A stretch of 64,000 bases of DNA from Botryllus schlosseri (lineage: Eukaryota): contig CM119379.1 of assembly GCA_051294905.1 (NCBI GenBank), positions 23,312,001-23,376,000 of the forward strand. The letters run 5' to 3'. Shown one piece after another: positions 49,991 through 60,585 of this stretch; the first letter of the stretch is position 1, and every line of letters starts with the position of its first letter. Both the position numbers and the translations under genes were made by a program. The notes under the pieces are model-generated. The model made no database searches, had not been told where the DNA came from, and saw only the letters and a list, made by a program, of their open reading frames with translations.

Positions 49991-50222
49991 ATGGTAGCTA
50001 GTGGTATCGGCACCAGTACAAACGGAGAAGAGATTAAAGCCGTGTTGGAGATGCTGCATAAGGATACATTTAAATCTCTCGGCTAGAAGGATGTCCTGTG
50101 TGAAACCTGCGAAGAGCTGAAATGGAAGACCCCTTCAAAATTACAGCAGGAATCCATTCCAGTTTCCATTGAAGAAATGTATGTCACAGGTCGTGCAGAA
50201 ACTGGTTCTGGGTATTCTGCGA
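49991..50222 (+). pseudogene. Second decayed duplicate of DDX47 exon 1
   Basis: ATGGTAGCTAGTGGTATCGGCACCAGT...GTCCTGTGTGAAACCTGCGAAGAGCTGAAATGGAAGACCCCTTC...GAAACTGGTTCTGG aligns with DDX47 exon 1, with deletions and no splice donor or downstream exons. Confidence 0.9.
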
Positions 50223-50674
50223 TCGCCTTGCAGCACCAGGAATCCAATAACTTTAAAACTGGAAAAGCTAGAAGATACGGCTCACCCGTATCTGCCGAGC
50301 TCTTGATTATAGATATTGCTTTTGGTAGTGCAATCATATCATTTAGGACTATCAAATATTAGTTCTGTAAAAATAGGTCAAGGTAAATATTGAAAATAAA
50401 TACCAAGTCACATCTTTACAGTCATCCAGAAATGCAATAGGGCCTATCATTTGCAATACAAAATTATCTCACAATGGCAAAATTTTACTAACAATACAAC
50501 AATTTAAATCAGAAATGGGAATGCAATACTAGGACTGGACAGTGGAAAATCTAGAAAAAATAAATATTTGCGAAATATACTGAATATATAACTTTGTAAA
50601 ATATAGATATCATAATATAATAATATGTTGATAATACATAACTCCACGTAGCAATACTATAATATCGTGTTCAG

Positions 50675-51018
50675 TAGGGTTACAATATTTTGGAATCGGG
50701 AAAGGACAGTTTTTCACAATTTGAATACCAGAGGAAAATCCAGAAAAAATGGTAAATTTTTCGCTTGACTAAAAAAACAGAAATTCATTTTTCTTTCATA
50801 TTGTCCGTTGATTGACTAAAAAATAAGGTTGTCACTTTCGTTCGAACCACGAATTTCCTATATAGTGTCATTTATGCCCACCCGCTATCTTAGCTCTAAA
50901 AGCTGTAAAGGAGTACGAATTGGCAAAAAGTATGACATTTAGGCGTCCTCAGACGACATTTTGAAAAACCGGAAAAAGGAAGACAAATCCTCCTAAAGGA
51001 GGATGTATGGTAACCCTA
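50675..51018. mobile_element. hAT-type MITE
   Basis: TIR TAGGGTTAC(A/C)ATA; perfect 8-bp TSD GTGTTCAG (50667-50674, 51019-51026); empty sites in the paralogous units near 40205 and 46145. Confidence 0.88.
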
Positions 51019-51621
51019 GTGTTCAGTAAAATTACTGGCAACCTAGAAAAAAATGAAGTCATGAAGGCATTCAACTTTCGGAAACAAACAAATATTATGG
51101 AGCACATCGAATACTATCGTGTTTTATATCTGGTTTTAGATATAGTTGAATTAAATTGAAGATTCAGATTCATACTGGTACATAATTGCACATACAGTGA
51201 CAGAGAAGCCATGCAAAATCGAAACTAAACTGCAATAGGTAAGGAGTTGAGAAAATAAAACTTCTAATTATAGTTCTACAATATTGCATCAGTATTTTTT
51301 CTCAATAGATAAAAATTAAACCATATGTTTGTCTACCACTCAATATGCAATGTAAAAAGACTGTGCTTAAAGGTTGGCTACATACTGTCAAATGCAGCCT
51401 AGTCATTGTCCAGTATTTCAATACTAATTCCTAATTTAATACCTAATTTACAGTATCAACGATTTGGAAAACCAAGCCCTACTCAAGATTTCTTGGATAG
51501 CATTATACATTAATTTTAGTGTCTCGAATCCCTTTGACTAGTGACATTTTCATGATAGGCATCACTATCGATATCCGAGTTCTTTTAGTTTCTCGAAATT
51601 TCTCGATAAATGAAATGATCA

Positions 51622-54600
51622 CTATATCTTCAGAGTTGCTTCTGCATATGAAGGTGGTGGTGGTGGTTCTGAGGTTACTGAAGTTGGATACCGGTATGCA
51701 AAACCGACACATTGCGCTGCTTGGTTTCCTTGTATAGTTGAGGTATAAGATGGTGCAGTGCCAGGGTATGCACCGACATCCAACACTTCAGTTGATACAG
51801 TAGAAACATCTTGCGGTGATATGGTAGCAACAGCGTCCACAGTTCTGTTCGCAGGCCTTTTACGATGAACAAGACAAAAAATAAACACTATCATGAGCGA
51901 TACTGTTCCGAAGAAGATAGGTCCAATCCCAACGAAGGGCGATACTTGAAATGTTAGCACAAGTCCAATACCAAAAAATATGATACCATTGACCAGCAAA
52001 CCATATATGCAACACCAACCCACCGATTGTCTGGCGGAACCTGTTAATTGAGAATATATTGTCAGGCAATGGTTATTACTACAACAGGAGTGAAACCCGA
52101 GTGTCTGCGTGGCATTTGGAATTCTGACGCCAAGTAGGTATTTGACATCTGTACGACTGAATAGCTAGATGGCGTTTGAGACGCTAAGTCGCTCTGTATG
52201 GCATTTGGCGTTTCCTATGTACCACAGATATTCAGACGACGTACAGCGTGCCATATCACGTCTCGCGAATAGGGTTCAATTTGAAGGTTGAGGCTTGCAC
52301 AGCAGCATTTGCAGCTAAAATCTAAGCAAAGCATGTCAGTGGGCAAGTGATATGATGTTTTTTTCATGCGTACAGTGTACTACCACTGCAAGAGGATTAC
52401 AGTATGTGACATAGTAAGAGTAACAAGACATTTTATCGTTTTCTAGTATATTGATTCATTCTAGACTGAAACAGCTGCGAAACCCTTGTAGCTCCACTTC
52501 GTATATGTTGTGGTAAATCAACAGTTCAAGTCACTGAGATCGTATTCACCTATTCAACACCTATTTCGTTTCCATGTTACTCACCGAAATTCTACACAAG
52601 TACTACAAATGAAACTCGGTGGTGGGAAGTCCATTATTAAAGGCCAGGAGGAAGGATTCATGTACAAAAGATGGACTTGTGTAGTGCTTGCTTTAAAGGT
52701 TTCTGATGCTATTAGGTTTTGAGATTTGAGAAAACTGATCCGCAATCTACTCTCACTTGATAGGCATCCGAACTCGACCATAACCGTACAACTAGAGCAT
52801 TAATCCCTCCTGCACAGCTACAATTTGACCATCCTGCACAAGCTTGTGAAAACTACCGAAAACAGTAAAGTAAACTTCCGTTTGATGAAACGGATATGTT
52901 AGTCCACGTCAATGTCATGTCAGATAAAAACCATCTCAAATATGTAGCATGTTTTTCCTGCAGATGAGAAAGAATTGGCGAAATATTGCAACAAATGCAG
53001 TTGTCATCACTCATCAGTGTCAGATCAGCCAGTGCTTATTATAACATGACTCATGACTGTATCTATATGTATGCAGTGTTAGGAATCAGATAGCTGCAAG
53101 AAGGCCAGACAGAAGTCGATTCATATAAGGATCAATATGGGTTGGGAGGAGCAGTGTGAAATGACTGAACATGCAATCTTAGGCATCAGATAGCTGCGAG
53201 AATATGATAGTCTCACGGAGTCACTAGTGAAAGGATTTAGCTATCGACCAGCTTCTCGAGATACCAGACGCCATGTAGCTGTTGGCGTTGGAATAAACGG
53301 GATGACAAACGCTATGTAGCTACTCGCCATGTCAAAATACCAGATGCCAAACACCGTGTAGCTACTTGGCGTCTCAGAATTCCAGTGTCTGTGCAGGTTC
53401 AACCCCAACTAGTGGACAAGCAGTGAATATTTCAGTACTCGATTCCAATTCGAACACTCAGTCATTGTGCCTAGCCATAATTACTATGTACAAACAGGGT
53501 CGCTCGTTTCTGGCGGCAGTGGGTGTCAAGTAGTGATGATATTACTGTTACGGTATGTCATTACTCAAATTTAATATGAATAGTATATGTATAAAAATTT
53601 AACCATGATACCTGTGGAGGTACCGGAAGGTGTTCCTGTCCTCCGATTTAGGTGGACCGTCGAATCTCTCACACTTGCAGTACCTGTAAATTGAGAATAA
53701 ATTGACAGGGAACGCCTATTACAAAGGCGACCAAATATTTTCTCAACTAATGATGAAGTCAGAAGATTGGTCCATTGACCGAAATCAGTGATAAAACACC
53801 CAACAAGCGACAATTCTTGAGTTGTTCAGTTCAAAACTTGCATCATAGATCTTTATTAGGAGCGAAAAATAGTATCTTGAAGTGATCACCACTAAATAGA
53901 TGAAGAGCTTCTTGGAGGTACAGAACTTCAATATACAATTAAATAGTATATTCATATTGACGCTGACGGTTACCCCTGACGAGAGTCAGCCGAAAATATT
54001 CGGGTTCATTTCAATATGAATATACTACTTAATCACTAAATAGATGATGCCAAGCAGATTGGTTACAGACTGGTAGTTTACAATCTGGACGCTACAGCCC
54101 CTATACAGTTCCTGGAAACCTGGATAGTAACTTCAGTGATACAGAATACTGTTCGCTAATATTATTTGGTTAACTTACTACAGAATTCTCAAATTAATTG
54201 GTGGTTATCTAACAATCAGGACTGTGGATGGCTATGTTTGTGATCTGAATTTATTCATGGGAATGTCACTTCCAAGGGAGTTCATTTCTAGTTAATGATC
54301 AAGAAGACATTGGATATGAAAAATGCATTGTTATACTGGCGTGTCCATGTCGGACATTCTCTCTGATCAAACACCGTGTCGTGTACTCCAAGATTTCAAG
54401 GCACGCAGTATCGGGCACGGCAAATTCGCTCATGATTTTAGTAGCCAACTTTTTTTTAGTTGCAGGCCTACTGTACCGTATCTTACACATTTTTCAGATT
54501 TTTCCGATGTAGACCCCTAAATACCTATAGGCCTATGCAATAGAAAATATTGTGTTGGACTGATAAATGAGCAATTAGAGGCAGGGAATGTCTGAAAAAA

Positions 54601-55005
54601 ATCAGGGAGTTTGAAAGGGATGACTACGCAAGCACCTAATACCCATGGATACGATTACATCACTGTCTTAACCGCACCAAGACTAGTCTCTGGCTCTCTA
54701 CTACAGCAAGAATAATTATGGTGGTCGTTGTGATTGTGAAAATATACAAAAAATTTGCACCAATATTGATCAATAAATTCCCTCACAGAGCCATGTCATA
54801 TCCCGAAAAGAGCCATATATGGATCGCGAGCCATACCGGTATAGGTTCCTGACCCTTGGTTAATATATACCCATGTTACCTATATAAACACCGGTATGAG
54901 GTCTTCTTATTCGATTTCGTCGGTGAGGAGGCGGTCTCGACCCACCCGGCCCACCCTCCTCGGTCTGTGGGCCCTTGCACGTCCACCACCACCTCTTCTT
55001 GGCAT
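51622..55005 (-). pseudogene. Two-TM PPxY paralogue C (3 exons); exon 1 frameshifted, exon 3 fully open
   Basis: Exon 1 54880-55005 starts MPRRGGGGRARAHRPRR but meets an in-frame TAA; the homologous end HRRNRIRRPHTGVYIG is in another frame with no ATG. Mini-exon 53612-53683 (72 nt, phase 1-1). Exon 3 51622-52040 is open and ends PPPPPSYAEATLKI. Confidence 0.65.
52110..53384. mobile_element. Putative Mutator-like non-autonomous element
   Basis: Inverted ends TGGAATTCTGA(GA)CGCCAAGTAG with TGGC-rich subterminal repeats; 9-bp flanks GTGTCTGCG and GTGTCTGTG (8/9). Confidence 0.5.
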
Positions 55006-55544
55006 ATTACCGGCGATCGGGCTATCGCACTATCGACGTGCTGGTGCAATTTAACATGGCGAGAACTCCTCATTTCCTTATATTGGTCACAGACCTTATA
55101 CTACACAGTCATACAATACACATACCTGACATACGCCTATACATACGCCAACGCAATCACCTTTGTTTTGTTGTTGCAAATATATGGTTCCGCCTGGCTG
55201 CATTATTCATGATTTGATTCATAATGAGCACCGAACACTAGTGCTCATAATATATCCTATTATCCGTCCAAATAGCGATTACTTTCATCATTAGTTTTGT
55301 GAACGAAAATTTCGACTCTGCTATCTGCATTACTGTATCTGATATGCCATTCGTAACGGCCATCCAAGGACATTGGGTTGTTAGATCCGTATACTGAAAT
55401 ACAGAAGTCCGGATTTGGCTTATAGGCTATCCATATTCAGTCGGAGTAAAATCACACGTTGCCTTGCTTTGCTACTGCGCTATACGCTGTGCTATATACG
55501 CTGTGTTTGCGGAGTCTTTCCCCTCTCTTCGCATACTTGAAAGG
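55006..55544. promoter_or_regulatory. Putative bidirectional promoter between paralogue C (-) and DDX47 (+)
   Basis: 539 bp separate the divergent ATGs, and the block is conserved in both upstream duplicate units. Promoter function is inferred from the geometry only. Confidence 0.55.
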
Positions 55545-58500
55545 ATGGAAGCTAGTGGTATCGACACCAGTGAAAACCAAGAAGAGATTGAAGCTGTATC
55601 GGAGCTGCTGCAGAATGATGCTGATGTCACATTTAAATCTCTCGGCTTGAAGGACGTCCTGTGTGAAACCTGCGAAGAGCTGAAATGGAAGACCCCGTCA
55701 AAAATACAGCAGGAATCCATCCCGGTTGCCATTGAAGGAAAAGATGTCATAGGTCTTGCAGAAACGGGTTCTGGAAAAACAGGGGCATTCTGCTTACCAA
55801 TCCTACAAGTAAGTCAAATTGTGCTCAGCTTCACTATATAACGTTACCCAGTCTATCCACTTATCCAGTGTGTATACGTGCAGTATACTGGAAAATAATA
55901 TATTAAATGACCAGGACCATAATTCGAAATACTTGTAAACAGTTTAATTCGAAAGCAGCTTGCATACTAATTATGGAACTACCGTAGTAAAAACACCCTT
56001 GAAGACTTGATAACTACATTAACTGGCATTATCGCAATCGATTGAACAGGGTTGAATCAATGTATACCTTTTCTGCATGTAATTGTGTGTGATGGTAATC
56101 TTTTGCGCGTAACAGATCCGATTTTGTGACGTGATGAGACTAGAATTGGGTTATTATCCAGAGTGGAATCGGTGGCAACGACACGCAAGCATTTATATCT
56201 GATCACGCCGATTAATAAATTATGCTGATGTCACACAGCGATATCAGAGTCCAGATCCAGAATAAGGCGCTTGCGCTTTACAATAAACTCAAGCAAGCGT
56301 GGCATTTGCGTAACAGTGAATATACGTCCGGTCCGGTCCTACCAGGTCTATTTTAGCACATTGTGTCGTTTAATAAGTAATTCAGTATTGAATCAGAGTG
56401 AAAAATATTTCCGTCACACGGATGAAATTTTCCAATCCCCCGAGAAATCCGTCTGTCACGCACAACATGTTGTCAAAAACAACCACTGATTCCATTCTGG
56501 GTTATTATTTCTCTGTGAAATCTGTCTTAAGAGTCTGAATATAACATCTTGATTCCTCACTGAGTGAACAGCAGGTCAGCAGTCCGGTTGTAATTATTCC
56601 TTGTTTCTAATAGTAGGCTACTGGTATATTTCTCATAAAAATTTATCTGATTGATTGCTTATGTGAAACGTCGAGCTCGCTGAGAACCGAAATTTCTGCA
56701 AAACTTGAGACGTCAATTTGGGATTCGTTTCTATGCACACAGTTTGATTCAAAATGAACCAAAATTCCACAGAGCCAGGATTGACAGCAACGACACGCGC
56801 GATTTTCCGTCTAATAAATAATTGTTCTGTGCAAAACATTGCCGAGAACAACCAACGTTTCCAGTCTCTCCAGAAAGTAGGCTAATTTCGGCACTTCTGA
56901 GAAATTTTTAAAAGTTCTTCTAATGACACTGGGCTACAATTATGGATTATGTTAGTGAATGTTCTTCACTACTTCTGATTTGGTTGAGGGCTCACTAGCA
57001 TGCAGTCCCACACTGTCGAGAGAAAAGGGGCATGATGTCTGAGGTGAGACGTGAAGGAGCGGTGATGTGGAGACTTCAAAAACCATACTTCCTTCTGCTA
57101 AATGCAGAATGTGGAGACTTCAAAAATCTTACTCCTTAAATGCAGAATGTACACAGTATTGAGACTAACACTCGATAGGGATCATATTCTCTGCAAATAT
57201 TTTGTTACAGGCTCTCCTTGACACTCCTCAGAGAATATTTGCGCTCGTGCTGACCCCCACACGCGAGTTGGCATTTCAAATCGACGAACAGTTCAAAGCG
57301 CTCGGCTCCGCTATCGGTATAAAAACAGCTGTCGTGGTTGGTGGCGTGGATATGATGGGACAGTCAATAATGTTGGCAAAGAAGCCCCACATAGTTATTG
57401 CCACACCAGGTAATTTCGCCTATGACTGAAATATTTTTAATGTTTCATGTGGTGCCGAACTGTATTTCAGGGAGGTTGATCGATCATCTTGAAAAAACAA
57501 GGGGATTTACGTTGCGCACCGTGAAATTTCTTGTCATGGACGAAGCTGACAGAATTTTGAACATGGACTTTGAAGCTGAAGTTGATAAGATTTTGAAGGT
57601 ACAATGAATTTTCGTTATGTTGTTGATTATATGAAGTCTATGTAAATTTTGAATAAAATGTCACCGATAAACCGGCCGAGAATTACAAAATCACGATTTA
57701 AATTTCAGAGGTGGTCAGTAATGAAGTACTTTTACTTTTTAGAGTAACCCTATCAAGTGTGTTACCTACTTTTTATGTTATGGATTTTAAAAGGCATAAA
57801 GTGAAATTGTCACTGTATCATTGAACAACAACGGCACGGCATATATTTTCAGTTATTGTTCACATTTGTAGTGTCATCAGTAGGGCAAGTTTTTTGTTAC
57901 ACTTAAATCCGTGGAAAGTTGCATTTCTTTTTTACAAAAGTTGCACTAAATGACAACATTTTGGTCGGTGGACTAAAAAAAATGAAAAAAAAAGGTCAAC
58001 TTTCCGGCTCAGCTCCCAAAATACCCGTTACAGCGTTCCTTCAGTGCTGATTTACGGTATTTCAGTCGAATTTGGCCGTGTATTTCACCAAAATTCTCGA
58101 AAAACAGTGACATAATCAAGCGATCTATTTACATATACTGTCAAATATTTCCAGTAAAAAGTGCATGAAAAATCATAAAAGTTTCATGAAAAATCGAAAA
58201 AGTTGCAAAAAGTTACACTACAAGATTCCTTCAAACAGCTTAAAACAGCATTCTACATAACTTCCGAGCATTTAGGAAGCTGCCGGAAGCTGTAAAAAAA
58301 AGGTGCAAAAACTTGCCCTAGTCATCAGTCATTTTGCATAAGCTGAAAAGTGGCATTTTGCATGTCCCGAATGTAACCAACTCTATTTAACTGCTAGAAC
58401 TCTAGAAGCATACGGCCCCTCGACCAAAGTTGCAGTACTTTCCATACCTTTCATTTTCTACTTCCAAGTAGTTTATACACGGTCTTGTAAATTCATACTC

Positions 58501-60585
58501 CTACTTGTAATTGAGTTGAAATTTACAGCGTTACTTCTACGTCTACTTGAGTAGCAACGCTGACTAGGCCCTGCCTAATTACCACCTCTGATTAATTTCA
58601 CAGTCAATATCGTGGGTCACCATTTTGTTTTGCATTACCGGTCTGTTCTATTTGATTGTCTGTACTGCTTTTGATTTCTGGTTGTTATTGTTGCGTATAG
58701 ACGGTTGCTGAAAAATCACTTATTTAATTAGGTGATTCCAAGGGAGAGGCAAACATTCCTCTTCTCCGCTACTATGACCAAAAAAGTGAAAAAGCTTCAG
58801 CGTGCGGCGTTGAGAAATCCTGTGAAATGCGCCGTCAATACGAAGTATCATACAGTCGATAAGTTGCAACAATATTATATATTTATTCCCGCCAAGGAAA
58901 AGGATAGCTATCTAGTCTCGGTGCTAAATGAGCATGCAGGTATTGTATATATTTGTACGAGTTGTTTGTAGTTAGCAATTCACCAGTTGATCAATCATTT
59001 TACAGGCAACTCCTTCATTGTATTCTGCAGCACTTGTGCCAATACGCAAAGAACAGCTCTATTATTACGCAGTCTTGGGTTTGCCGCGATACCTTTACAC
59101 GGTCAAATGCCACAGGTTAGTTAAATCTTGTTAATGGGATCCTGTGATTAGCAAATGTGAGGAGCTGCCATTACGTTATCTATTTTGCTACTATGTAATT
59201 AAGCTGACTGTGTGCTCTTCCTTTCAGCCTAAGCGGCTCGGTGCGCTTAACAAATTTAAAAGCAAATCAAGCTCAATTTTACTGGCAACCGATGTCGCTA
59301 GCCGAGGACTTGATATACCCCACGTGGATTTTGTGATCAATTTTGACATTCCGACGCATTCTAAAGATTACATTCACAGAGTGGGCCGCACAGCCCGAGC
59401 AGGAAGAGCGGGAAAGTCGATCACATTTGTCACGCAGTAAGTTTGATTTCCTTTCATTTTTAATCAGCTCGTCACAAATGATCTTTCTTCAAATTGTCCA
59501 ATGTCCATCCGTGATAGGCTGTCTGCAAAATCAGCATTCAATGATACATTTTTTCATCGCTAATGTTGGTAACTGAGCTGTTGAAAATCTTTTGTCATGC
59601 AGGTATGATGTTGAGCTTTATCAAAGGATAGAACATCTGATTGGCAAAAAGTTACCTCTGTACGAGACTCGTGAAGATGAGGTAAGTTTATATAATTATG
59701 GCGATCATGTTTCGTTCGTTACGTCAGCAATGTTTTAGCAATGCCGATCATCAACAGTAGGAATTTCTCTGCCAACTTTCATTGGGTCCTTTACCTGATC
59801 CCTATGCCATAGCCATTTCAGTGGCAGTTGGTCCTGTGCCTGGCATTATTCCCATTCTAAAAATGTACAGATATGAATGCTGAAAGTCTTGCTGTTGTCT
59901 AATTGTCTTCCAATATGCAACATCACATTACAACTACTTGGGTAGCTTGCAGCAAATTTTGAATTGAAGTCCCAAATACTGGATTTGGAATAGGAATGCA
60001 TGTTTGGCAGTATAACTTTGGCGTGGCAATGTTGCTGGTGTTACTGCAATATAACGAAGGAAATTCGGCTTGGTCATCGATTGGTTACGCACAAAATAGT
60101 GTGATACATCTTTGCGACTAATGCAAAATGACTAACGGAGCTACCAATAGGCGTAGCCTAAAAAGTATGCCACAATGCAGAGATCATTTTGCCATTCTGT
60201 TATGCCATTTCTCTTGCAAAAGTGACGCAAACTTGGTAAAATCCACAACAGTAGTTTGCTTCCAAAATTGACACGTGGAAGTGGCAAAAAAGCATACCTA
60301 CTTGACTAAGTGGTGACCGTATGCAAGACATACTCCGATAGTCTGAAATTGTTGAGCTACTATTGTTTACGCTTTTCGCAGGTAAATGTGCTCAAAGAGA
60401 GAGTGTCTGAGGCTCAGCGGCTGGCGCGGATGGAAATTAAAGAGCAACAGCAGAATAAGAAGGACAGGTCAAGCCGCAAGAGAGACTTTGACGGGGACGA
60501 TACTGAAGAGACCTATGCTAAGGGCGGTGGATTTGTGAAAAATTTCAAAGCGGGTAAAGGGGGAAAGAAAAAGTTCAAGAGATGA
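55545..60585 (+). CDS. DDX47: DEAD-box RNA helicase DDX47 (RRP3 orthologue), 466 aa
   Basis: Exons 55545-55808, 57211-57409, 57471-57598, 58732-58939, 59006-59115, 59228-59436, 59603-59681, 60382-60585 (1401 nt). Motifs [10 protein letters not shown] (Q), [58 protein letters not shown]; family-typical ILNMDFE and [17 protein letters not shown]. Confidence 0.96.
57706..58590. mobile_element. AGTA-rich MITE (TIR CAGAGGTGGT) hosting a nested MITE
   Basis: Ends CAGAGGTGGTCAGTAA and TAATTACCACCTCTG; imperfect 8-bp flanks TTAAATTT and ATTAATTT. Family fragments also end at 9780, start at 21593, and lie near 37800-37925. Confidence 0.65.
57881..58320. mobile_element. 440-bp hAT-type MITE
   Basis: TIR TAGGGCAAGTTTTT; perfect 8-bp TSD GTCATCAG (57873-57880, 58321-58328); a second diverged copy in opposite orientation starts near 61604. 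Confidence 0.9.
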
